A DNA stretch of 64,000 nt. Source: Gammaproteobacteria bacterium (GTDB taxonomy: Bacteria > Pseudomonadota > Gammaproteobacteria > SZUA-152). The stretch spans positions 63,962 through 127,961 of the forward strand of contig JAVVEP010000003.1 in the NCBI GenBank assembly GCA_032250735.1. Direction: 5' to 3'. The position numbers and the translations under genes are program-made. Each line of letters opens with the position of its first letter. The first letter of the stretch is position 1. The notes beneath the pieces were generated by a model. The model saw only the letters and a list, made by a program, of their open reading frames with translations, was not told where the DNA came from and ran no database searches. Shown piece after piece: positions 50,700-59,007 of the stretch.

Positions 50700-52090
50700 T
50701 TGAACTCTCCCGTCACCACGCGCAGTCTGGCCACGTGCAGATTATAGTCATTGACCGTTTTCAGATAATCGCCATAGGCCTGTATGTAGCCCAGAAAGGC
50801 GCTGATCACCTTGTCGGCCCGCTCCACGCCCGCCTCAAAATCCGCATAACTACTGATCATCCAGCGCCGGCCACTACGGCTGCCCTCGTACAGGTTCTGC
50901 ACCATGCCGTGATGGGCGTGTACGGTGTGATACTGCTCGGCCACCTGAAAGGGGATGCCCTGCTGGGCAAAGGACTTCAGCGCCAGGGTCGATTCCATCT
51001 CCGCCTGCGCCTGCGCCACCTGGGCCGGCTGGCGGCCACTGGCCCACTCCCACTTCAGACCCAGGATGGGCGTCGCCCCGGCGCTGTTAAAGGGATCGTA
51101 GGCGCTGACGTTGGACAGATCCTCCCGCAGCGGGCTGTAGGAGATCACCCCCGCCACGCCGGTGTACAGATTGGGGTTGGACTCGCTCTTTTTCGCCAGC
51201 ATCCATTCGCGCCGCGCCTGCAAGCCCGCCGCCAGCTGGTGGATCTCGGGGCGCTGCGCCAGGGCCTGCGCCTGCAGGGCCTTCAGCTCGCCCCTGGGCA
51301 GCTCGACCGGGCTCAGGCGCTTGTCGGCCAGCTCCAGTTCGTCTTCCGGCGCCACGCCGGTGAGCATGCGCAGGCCGGCCAGGGCGATATTCTCGAAGCC
51401 GGTCGCCTCGGCGATATAGCGTTGCAGCAGGGCGACGCCGGTCTGCAGGGCATACAGGTCGGACTGCTTGGCCTCGCCCTCGCCGTCATCCAGCCAGCCC
51501 TGCACCAGCTCACGCGCCGACTCGAGTTTTGCCAGCGAATCCTCCAGCAGCAGGCGGGTGTCCCTGGCCGCCAGATAACCGTTGTAGGCGCGGGTGACCT
51601 CCAGCAGGGTCTGGCCACGTTGCAGGGCGACATCCCCCTGCTTGATCTGCACATTGCCGGCCGCGGCGAGCGAGTAGTGCTTGATCTTGCCGAAGGTGTG
51701 CAGGGGTTTGATGAAGGAGAAATCCACGTAATACCAGGGCGACAGGCCGTCGATATCGAAGGCGTTGTCCGGGATGCCCACCGTCGTCTTCCCCGAGCTG
51801 TCGGTGGTCTCGAACAGGCCGCCGCGCAGGGACGGCGCAAAGCCCACAAACGTATTAACATTGAACGACCAGTCGTCACCGCCACGGGCCTCGGCCAGCA
51901 GGCCGCGGGCGGCCTCCACCAGCTTTTTCTTTTCGTCGATGCGGGCATCGGTGTTCAGGGCCCGCTCGATGGACTGCGGCAGGTCCAGCACCACCGTCTC
52001 CGCCTGGGCGGCGCCCAGCGCCAGCAGCAGACAGCAGGCGGGCAGCAGGCGGTTATGGGCTGCCGAATGAGGGGTTCGTATCATGCTCAT
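50696..52090 (-). CDS. TolC/OEP-family outer-membrane protein embedded in the mla operon
   Basis: Signal peptide (ALGAAQA), LPQSIERALNTDARI, and duplicated coiled-coil/beta segments typical of outer membrane efflux proteins. Its stop overlaps the mlaC start (GTGA). Confidence 0.75.
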   Translation of the reverse strand: MSMIRTPHSAAHNRLLPACCLLLALGAAQAETVVLDLPQSIERALNTDARIDEKKKLVEAARGLLAEARGGDDWSFNVNTFVGFAPSLRGGLFETTDSSGKTTVGIPDNAFDIDGLSPWYYVDFSFIKPLHTFGKIKHYSLAAAGNVQIKQGDVALQRGQTLLEVTRAYNGYLAARDTRLLLEDSLAKLESARELVQGWLDDGEGEAKQSDLYALQTGVALLQRYIAEATGFENIALAGLRMLTGVAPEDELELADKRLSPVELPRGELKALQAQALAQRPEIHQLAAGLQARREWMLAKKSESNPNLYTGVAGVISYSPLREDLSNVSAYDPFNSAGATPILGLKWEWASGRQPAQVAQAQAEMESTLALKSFAQQGIPFQVAEQYHTVHAHHGMVQNLYEGSRSGRRWMISSYADFEAGVERADKVISAFLGYIQAYGDYLKTVNDYNLHVARLRVVTGEFK

Positions 52091-52116
52091 GTCCAGAGGC
52101 TAGCCGTCAATGGCGC

Positions 52117-52581
52117 CTAGTCCTTGTCCGCCTGACTCACCAGAAACTGGCCGATGATCTGTTCCAGCACCACCGCCGACTGGGTCAGCTGTAGATGGCT
52201 CCCCGCCCTGAGCACCTCTTCGGCACCCCCCGCGTCCAGGCCGATGTACTGCTCGCCCAGCAGGCCGGCGGTAAAGATGCTGGCGCTGGTGTCCTCGGGG
52301 ATATTGTCGTATTCGTTCTGGATATTCAGGGTCACCACCGCCTCATAGGCCTGCCGGTCAAAACCGATCTTCGCGACCCGCCCCACCACCACCCCGGCCA
52401 TGGTCACCGGCGAACGCACCTTGAGCCCGCCGATATTGGCGAAATTGGCGGTCACCTCGAACCCCTCGGTCTCGGTAAAGGCGCTGATGTTACTCACCTT
52501 CATGGAAAGCATCAGCAGGGCGGCCATGCCGACCACCACAAACAGGCCCACCCAGATTTGTACCGATCTTGAATGCATCAT
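52117..52581 (-). CDS. mlaD: MCE-domain protein MlaD
   Basis: IWVGLFVVVGMAALLMLSMKV...ANIGGLKVRSPVTMAGVVVGRV. Confidence 0.92.
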   Translation of the reverse strand: MMHSRSVQIWVGLFVVVGMAALLMLSMKVSNISAFTETEGFEVTANFANIGGLKVRSPVTMAGVVVGRVAKIGFDRQAYEAVVTLNIQNEYDNIPEDTSASIFTAGLLGEQYIGLDAGGAEEVLRAGSHLQLTQSAVVLEQIIGQFLVSQADKD

Positions 52582-52638
52582 TTTTTATCTCTCCACCCTC
52601 TGTCCAATAGACTTGCCCATCGCCTCGCCAATACCGTC

Positions 52639-53415
52639 TTAATCAAACATCAGCGCCGTCAGCACGAAATCCAGCCCCAGCACGGCCAGCGAGCCATGCA
52701 CCACGGTATTGGTGGTGGCGCGGCTCACGCCCTCCGAGGTGGGTACGGTGTCATAACCCTCGAACACCGCGATCCAGGTCACCACAAAACCGAACACCAG
52801 GCTCTTGATGACGCCGTTCACGATATCCTCATACAGATCCACCTTGGCCTGCATCTGCGACCAGAAGGCGCCGTCGTCCACGCCCAGCAGACCCACGGCC
52901 ACAAAATACCCGCCGACCACACCCAGGGCGCTAAAGATGGCGGCCAGCAGGGGCATCGCCAGAATGCCCGCCATGAGGCGCGGCGCGACCACCCGGTGCA
53001 GCGGATCCACCGCCATCATCTCCAGCGCCGACAGCTGTTCGGTGGCCTTCATCAGGCCGATCTCGGCGGTGAGCGCGGAACCGGCGCGGCCGGCGAACAA
53101 CAGGCCGGACACCACCGGCCCCAGTTCACGCACCAGCGACAGCGCCACCATCACGCCCAGCGACTCGGTGGCGCCGAAGTCCACCAGGGTATTGTAGCCC
53201 TGCAGGGCCAGCACCATGCCCACGAACAGGCCCGACACCGCAATGATCAGAAAGGACAGCACGCCCACCGAAAACAGCTGCGTAATCACCATGCCGAAGC
53301 GCGGCAGCAGGGCCGGGAAACCCGTCAGCACATGCAGCAGGAACAGGTGGCCCCGACCAATGCGCTCGGCGACGCCAAGGGTGACGGCCCCCAGCCGCTG
53401 TAACAGGATCAGCAT
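52639..53415 (-). CDS. mlaE: Phospholipid ABC transporter permease MlaE
   Basis: VRELGPVVSGLLFAGRAGSALTAEIGLMKATEQLSALEMMAVDP. Confidence 0.93.
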   Translation of the reverse strand: MLILLQRLGAVTLGVAERIGRGHLFLLHVLTGFPALLPRFGMVITQLFSVGVLSFLIIAVSGLFVGMVLALQGYNTLVDFGATESLGVMVALSLVRELGPVVSGLLFAGRAGSALTAEIGLMKATEQLSALEMMAVDPLHRVVAPRLMAGILAMPLLAAIFSALGVVGGYFVAVGLLGVDDGAFWSQMQAKVDLYEDIVNGVIKSLVFGFVVTWIAVFEGYDTVPTSEGVSRATTNTVVHGSLAVLGLDFVLTALMFD

Positions 53416-54254
53416 CAGGCCGCCCCTCCCGCCGAATCCCTGGCGGACGGACCCAACAGGTCCTCGGCATAGTCGATCGCGGGATAATGAAACGGCACCG
53501 GCCCGTCGCGCTGGCCCTGGATAAATTGCTGCACCCAGGCCGAGGTCGATTCATTCAGCGCTGCGGGCGTGCCGTGCTCCACCACCTTGCCCTCGGAGAT
53601 CACGTACACGTAATCCGCGATGGAGAGGCTTTCCTTCACGTCGTGGGACACCATCACCGAGGTCAGCCCCAGCACATCGGTCAGGGTGCGCAGCAGCGAC
53701 ACCAGCACCCCCATGGAGATGGGGTCCTGGCCGGTAAAGGGCTCGTCATACATGATCATCATCGGGTCCAGGGCGATGGCGCGCGCCAGCGCCACGCGCC
53801 GCGACATGCCGCCGGAGAGCTCGCTGGGCATGAGCTCGCGCGCGCCGCGCAGGCCGACGGCGTGCAGCTTCATCAGCACCAGATCACGGATCATGGCCTC
53901 ATTGAGTCTGGTGTGTTCGCGCAGGGGATAGGCGACGTTGTCGAACACATTGAGATCGGTCAGCAGGGCGCCATTCTGAAACAGCATCCCCATGCGCTTG
54001 CGCAACTCATAGAGCTCCCGGTAACCCAGTTCGGGCACCGACTCACCATCGACCTGCACCGTGCCTGCATCGGGCCTTAACTGACCACCGATCAGGCGCA
54101 GCAGGGTGGTCTTTCCCGTGCCGCTGGGGCCCATGATGGCGGTCAGCTTGCCGCGCGGGATATCGATATCCATGCCGTCAAAAATCACCCGCTGGCCACG
54201 TCGATAGACCAGGTCACGGATCCTGACCAGCGGCTCGTCGGGGCTCACGCTCAT
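53415..54254 (-). CDS. mlaF: Phospholipid ABC transporter ATPase MlaF
   Basis: GPSGTGKTT, LSGGMSRR and MMIMYDEPFTGQDP. TGATG overlap with mlaE. Confidence 0.93.
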   Translation of the reverse strand: MSVSPDEPLVRIRDLVYRRGQRVIFDGMDIDIPRGKLTAIMGPSGTGKTTLLRLIGGQLRPDAGTVQVDGESVPELGYRELYELRKRMGMLFQNGALLTDLNVFDNVAYPLREHTRLNEAMIRDLVLMKLHAVGLRGARELMPSELSGGMSRRVALARAIALDPMMIMYDEPFTGQDPISMGVLVSLLRTLTDVLGLTSVMVSHDVKESLSIADYVYVISEGKVVEHGTPAALNESTSAWVQQFIQGQRDGPVPFHYPAIDYAEDLLGPSARDSAGGAA

Positions 54255-54397
54255 CGGCGCCGCCCTCGGGCCGGTCGCTTTTGGTCACACGCAAGATTGT
54301 CGGTAGTGAATAACATGGGTTTTATTATTTTTGTAAGGTTCTTGTCATTTATGCAAAAGGCTAGGTAAAGGGATCGGGCCGGGTCCAGCAAACGGAA

Positions 54398-55105
54398 TCA
54401 ATCCATGTCCGGGATCACCAGCATGTCGCCGATCATCATTGCCGCCCGCAGGGCATCGACATCGGGTGCTGCCTGTTCCACCATCAGCAACACGCGGCGC
54501 TTCGTGCCGTCCTGTATCTCACAACGCAGACACTGCTCAATAATCTCACGCCACTGACGCGGCGTGTAGCTTATAGTACCGGCAACCCGCGCCACGGCGA
54601 AGCCCCCCTGGGTCCACGACGGCGTCCCCTCGCCAACATTCCAGCACAGCGACACCTTCAGCTGCTGCAGGAGACGCCTGCCCACCTCGCTGGGTTGCCT
54701 ATTTTCGGGTAACAGCACAGCCACCGGCGCCACCGCCACTGCGGTCTCCAGCTCGCCGGCAATCATCGCCAGATCGGGATCCACGTCAAGCGGCCGCAGC
54801 AGGATGCCCCCCAGGCGATCGCCCAGCGGGCTAACCGCCTGGGCCAGCTTCACCCAGTCCGTCTGCACACCCACTACTTCCAGATAAAAGATGAAATCGT
54901 CGCTGGTGTCCTCGACCCAGCGCTCAATCTCCAGCGCATCCTCGCCCGACCATGCCGAGGCCGGTACCACCACGGCCCGAAATTCATTGCTGTAATAGGC
55001 GAGCCGCCAATCCTCCGGCAGATCCTCCGGATAGAAATTTCCGCACCAGTCCGGAAAGGACCAGCCATAGGCGGCAACAATGATGTCGGTGTGTGGCTTT
55101 TTCAT
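54398..55105 (-). CDS. Hypothetical protein with DUF72-like N-terminal region
   Basis: YGWSFPDWCGNFYPEDLPEDWRLAYYSNEFRAVVV...DDFIFYLEV resembles the DUF72/YecE pattern but is divergent. Confidence 0.45.
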   Translation of the reverse strand: MKKPHTDIIVAAYGWSFPDWCGNFYPEDLPEDWRLAYYSNEFRAVVVPASAWSGEDALEIERWVEDTSDDFIFYLEVVGVQTDWVKLAQAVSPLGDRLGGILLRPLDVDPDLAMIAGELETAVAVAPVAVLLPENRQPSEVGRRLLQQLKVSLCWNVGEGTPSWTQGGFAVARVAGTISYTPRQWREIIEQCLRCEIQDGTKRRVLLMVEQAAPDVDALRAAMMIGDMLVIPDMD

Positions 55106-55192
55106 CCGGTTAATGGTGTCTATAGCGCTTATGTCGGTTCACCTGCGGTGGCGTTTGGGTATGGGTGCGCTATGCCTCATGTTATCGCCTTG

Positions 55193-55304
55193 CTGATAAC
55201 CGTATTGCGATGGCTGTATTCTGATTCTTGTGCTCTGATTCTTGTACTACGATTCCTGTACTACGATAACCGTTCTGCGATCGTTGCATGACAGTCGTCG
55301 TACT
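55193..55304. repeat. Degenerate 14-bp tandem array, 8 units (consensus about NYGATNNNYGTAYT)
   Basis: Units at 55193, 55207, 55221, 55235, 55249, 55263, 55277 and 55291. GAT at positions 3-5 and GT at positions 10-11 in 7 of 8 units. Confidence 0.7.
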
Positions 55305-55371
55305 AACGCGATGCGACAGTGTACTATCAAACCGCCTCAACCCCCCAAACCTGAATCAGGAGAGCCTCGCC

Positions 55372-55566
55372 ATGGGTGACATTCTCCCCTTTAAACGCCC
55401 CGCCCCCCGTAAACCCGGTGACATCCACAAGGGTAAAACCCTGTGCAAGAGTGGTTTCCACAAATGGGAGATCTCCAGGGACAAACAATTCGACAGCCGC
55501 CTGGGCAAGCTGGTCACCCTGTATGTCTGCCAACGCTGCGGTGCCACCAAAACCAGGAACCTGTGA
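55372..55566 (+). CDS. Small basic protein with C/H...CxxC putative zinc-binding arrangement
   Basis: 64 aa: MGDILPFKRPAP...CKSGFHKW...CQRCG. CAGGAGAG Shine-Dalgarno 8 nt upstream of the ATG. Confidence 0.5.
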   Translation: MGDILPFKRPAPRKPGDIHKGKTLCKSGFHKWEISRDKQFDSRLGKLVTLYVCQRCGATKTRNL

Positions 55567-55602
55567 CCGACCAACAAGGCCCGACAAACTAAAGACCCGC
55601 AC

Positions 55603-56376
55603 TCACTCAATCCAGCGGATTTCGCGGGCGGTGTATTCGCCGACCACCACCGCCCCCAGGCTATCGACCTGCCGGGCCTCGGTCGGACTCAGGGGGACCC
55701 GCCCCGCCATCAGCTCCGCATACTCCTGGGGCAGAACCGGCTGCCGCTCGGGTTCGGCATAACCGATGGGGAAGATCGGCTGATTGTTCTGTGGATTGTA
55801 TTTATCGGAGGCCCCCACCGTGTGCAGCAGCTCGTGGGCGATGATCACGTTGTTGCCTGCGGCCGCGCGCTCACCGGCAAAGGCGTGCACCACGCCGAGC
55901 AGGCCCTTTTGCAGCCCCAGGGAATGGGCCACGCGTGGGCTCTGCTGCGGATCGTTGTAGAGCACAAACATCTGGATGTGCGCGGGCGGACCCCGCTCGC
56001 GGCCCACCTGCCAGGCCCAGTAGCGCATCTTCAGGCTCCACCAGATCACCCCCAGGGTATTGCGATCCCGTGGCGGCGCGGGCGGGTGTTCGCTCAACAC
56101 CGGCCCCATGACAATATCCACCGGCTGACGCACCGCGAGCCGATACTGCCCCGCCTCGTCGACAAAAAAGCGCTCGATCTCCTCAAAGGCCTGCAGCGAC
56201 AGGCCTTCGATGTAGGCGGCCGACCGTTCGCTGCCATCGCCATTGATGGGATAGATCGCCACCACCAGCGGCTTCTCCCAGCTGGTGGTGCGCCACTGGC
56301 TCAAGCCGCTGCCCACCGCCACCAGCAGCAGCACGAACAGCAGGAATAACACGCGCAGCTGCTTGAAGGTGCTCAT
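55603..56376 (-). CDS. Membrane-anchored putative zinc metallopeptidase (HExxHxxGxxD motif)
   Basis: N-terminal TM helix; HELLHTVGASD at 55804-55836. ATGA overlap with the upstream DUF2905 gene. Confidence 0.6.
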   Translation of the reverse strand: MSTFKQLRVLFLLFVLLLVAVGSGLSQWRTTSWEKPLVVAIYPINGDGSERSAAYIEGLSLQAFEEIERFFVDEAGQYRLAVRQPVDIVMGPVLSEHPPAPPRDRNTLGVIWWSLKMRYWAWQVGRERGPPAHIQMFVLYNDPQQSPRVAHSLGLQKGLLGVVHAFAGERAAAGNNVIIAHELLHTVGASDKYNPQNNQPIFPIGYAEPERQPVLPQEYAELMAGRVPLSPTEARQVDSLGAVVVGEYTAREIRWIE

Positions 56377-56573
56377 TTACGGAACAGCCAGAACAGCAAC
56401 GACAGGATCAGGCTGATGATCAGCGAGGTCATCAGCGGAAAATAGAAGCGGGCGTTTTCCCGCTCCACCACGATGTCGCCCGGCAATCGACCCAGACCCA
56501 GCCGGGTCAGCCACGGCCACAGCAAGCCCACCACCACGAGAACGATGCCGAGAATAATGAGCAGCCGGGACAC
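56373..56573 (-). CDS. DUF2905-family small membrane protein
   Basis: 66 aa: LLIILGIVLVVVGLLWPWL...LPGDIVVERENARFYFPLMTSLIIS. Confidence 0.75.
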   Translation of the reverse strand: MSRLLIILGIVLVVVGLLWPWLTRLGLGRLPGDIVVERENARFYFPLMTSLIISLILSLLFWLFRK

Positions 56574-56639
56574 GATGCGTGATCAGAGCCGGTGAAAAAA
56601 CCGTCGTCCGCAGTAGGTCAGGGGGATTTTCACAGGCTC

Positions 56640-57296
56640 TCAGGTGAGGGTTTTGACACCGGTAGGCGTACCCAGCAGCAGGACATCGGCCGGGCGCATG
56701 GCGAACAGGCCGTTGGTCACCACGCCGACGATGTCATTGAGCGTCCTTTCCAGCTCCACCGGATTCATGATCTGCAAGCCGTGCACGTCGAGAATCACAT
56801 TGCCGTTGTCGGTCACGAAACCCTCACGATAGGCGGGCTGGCCGCCCAGCCTCACCAGCTCGCGCGCCACATAGGAACGCGCCATGGGGATCACCTCGAT
56901 GGGCAGCGGGAACTTGCCCATGATGTCCACCAGTTTGGATTCGTCGGCGATGCAGACAAACTGCCGCGCCACGGCGGCGACAATCTTTTCGCGCGTCAGC
57001 GCGCCGCCGCCGCCCTTCATCAGGTGCAGGTATTTGTTGGCCTCGTCGGCGCCGTCCACATACACGTCGATGCTGCCGACCGCGTTGAGATCCTCCACCG
57101 GAATGCCGTGGCCCTTGAGGCGCTGGGCCGAGGCCTCGGAACTGGCCACCGTGGTTTCGACCTGCCCCTTGATGGTGGCCAGCGCATCGATAAAAAAGTT
57201 GGCCGTGCTGCCGGTGCCCACGCCCACGATCATGCCGGGCTTGATGTATTCGAGAGCGGCCTCGGCCACTGCCTTTTTCATTTCGTCTTGATTCAT
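56640..57296 (-). CDS. rpiA: Ribose-5-phosphate isomerase A
   Basis: [16 protein letters not shown]...DVYVDGADE...[13 protein letters not shown]. Confidence 0.95.
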   Translation of the reverse strand: MNQDEMKKAVAEAALEYIKPGMIVGVGTGSTANFFIDALATIKGQVETTVASSEASAQRLKGHGIPVEDLNAVGSIDVYVDGADEANKYLHLMKGGGGALTREKIVAAVARQFVCIADESKLVDIMGKFPLPIEVIPMARSYVARELVRLGGQPAYREGFVTDNGNVILDVHGLQIMNPVELERTLNDIVGVVTNGLFAMRPADVLLLGTPTGVKTLT

Positions 57297-57450
57297 TATT
57301 CGTTCCTTTCAGGACATCCCTAGTTGCCACCCAAACGCGCACCAAGGTCGCGGTATTATAGACCATGTTTCCCGTCACCCGCCAAAGCACCGATGCGCGG
57401 CAGACCTCGCTAACACTGACAGAATAACAGCAAGCTGATACCTTACGCCC

Positions 57451-59004
57451 ATGTTCAAAGACTACGTAGAAAAAATCCGCAATGCCCGCGTCTACGACGT
57501 GGCCAAAAAGACCCCGCTGGAACCGGCGCCGGGCCTGTCGGCACGGCTCAATAATCGTGTCCTGCTCAAACGCGAAGACCTGCAGCCGGTGTTTTCGTTC
57601 AAGCTGCGCGGCGCCTACAACAAGATTACCCGGCTCAGCGACGCGCAGCGGCATAGGGGCGTCATCGCCGCCTCCGCAGGCAACCACGCCCAGGGGGTTG
57701 CGCTGGCCGCCCAACGGCTGGGACTGAAGGCGCTCATCGTGATGCCCAAGACCACCCCGGAGATCAAGATCCACGCCGTGGAACAGATGGGCAGCGAGGT
57801 GATCCTGCACGGCAACGCCTACGATGATGCCTTCGAGCGCGCCATGCAGGTTGCCGAACAACGCGGCATGACCTTCATCCCACCCTACGACGACCCGGAC
57901 GTAATTGCCGGCCAGGGTACCGTGGGCATGGAGATCCTCGAACAGCATGCCGCGCAATATGCCGCAGCGGATGCGACGCACAGCAACCGCTCCATTCACG
58001 CCATTTTCGTGCCCGTGGGCGGCGGCGGGCTCATCGCCGGCATCGCCGCCTATGTCAAAACCCTGCACCCGGCGATCCGCATCATCGGCGTCGAACCCGA
58101 AGACGCGCCCTGCATGCACGCCGCACTGGCCGCCGGCGAACGGGTGTTGCTGGGCCAGGTCGGTATCTTTGCCGACGGCGTCGCCGTGCGTCAGGCCGGC
58201 GCAGAACCCTTTCGCATCGCCCGCGAAACGGTGGACGAGATCATCCTCGTGAAAACCGATGAAATCTGTGCCGCCATCAAGGACATCTTCGACGACACCC
58301 GCTCCATCACCGAACCGGCCGGCGCACTGGCCGTGGCCGGACTGAAAAAATACGTCGAGCGCGAAGCCATCCATGACCAGGACCTGATCGCCATCGACAG
58401 CGGCGCCAACATGAACTTCGATCGCCTGCGCCACGTCGCCGAGCGCGCCGAAATCGGTGAGCGCCGCGAGGCCCTGCTCAGCGTCACCATTCCCGAGCAG
58501 CCCGGCAGCTTCCGCAAATTTTGCGGCATCATCGGCCTGCGCGGCATCACCGAGTTTAATTATCGTTATGCCGATCCCAGCCAGGCCCATGTATTTGTCG
58601 GCGTACAGATGCACGGCCGCGACACCGAAAAAGACGCGCTCATCGAGGAGCTGATCAACGACCACTATTCTGTGTTAGACATGACCGACAACGAAATGGC
58701 CAAGCTGCACATCCGTTACATGGTCGGCGGCCACAGCGCCGGGCGTGTCGCCGATGAGCGCCTGTTCCGCTTCCAGTTCCCGGAACGGCCCGGCGCCCTG
58801 TTGCGGTTTCTCAATCGCATCGGCGAACGCTGGAACATCAGCCTGTTTCACTACCGCAATCACGGCGCCGCGTATGGCCGGATCCTGGCGGGGATTCAGG
58901 TGCCGGCGGAAGACACCGCGGAGTTTCAGGTGTTTCTGGACGAATTAGGCTATGAGGCCTGGGAAGAAACGGATAATCCGGCCTACCAGCTGTTCCTGAG
59001 CTAG
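57451..59004 (+). CDS. ilvA: Biosynthetic threonine ammonia-lyase (two ACT-like regulatory domains)
   Basis: FSFKLRGAYNK (PLP Lys), ASAGNHAQGVA, VPVGGGGLIAG; 517 aa. Confidence 0.95.
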   Translation: MFKDYVEKIRNARVYDVAKKTPLEPAPGLSARLNNRVLLKREDLQPVFSFKLRGAYNKITRLSDAQRHRGVIAASAGNHAQGVALAAQRLGLKALIVMPKTTPEIKIHAVEQMGSEVILHGNAYDDAFERAMQVAEQRGMTFIPPYDDPDVIAGQGTVGMEILEQHAAQYAAADATHSNRSIHAIFVPVGGGGLIAGIAAYVKTLHPAIRIIGVEPEDAPCMHAALAAGERVLLGQVGIFADGVAVRQAGAEPFRIARETVDEIILVKTDEICAAIKDIFDDTRSITEPAGALAVAGLKKYVEREAIHDQDLIAIDSGANMNFDRLRHVAERAEIGERREALLSVTIPEQPGSFRKFCGIIGLRGITEFNYRYADPSQAHVFVGVQMHGRDTEKDALIEELINDHYSVLDMTDNEMAKLHIRYMVGGHSAGRVADERLFRFQFPERPGALLRFLNRIGERWNISLFHYRNHGAAYGRILAGIQVPAEDTAEFQVFLDELGYEAWEETDNPAYQLFLS

Positions 59005-59007
59005 CCA

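Noticed and set aside
56824-58665. 613-aa ORF antisense to rpiA and ilvA. Similar long antisense ORFs include 46098-47510 (470 aa, antisense to murA), 50669-52120 (483 aa, antisense to the TolC-like gene), 11958-13004 (antisense to leuS) and 23960-24898 (antisense to the malic enzyme gene).
   Set aside because: They overlap genes with unmistakable conserved motifs on the other strand. Their translations are low-complexity and rich in Arg, Gly, His and Ala, with no recognisable motifs. Stop-poor antisense frames are expected in GC-rich genes with high GC3.
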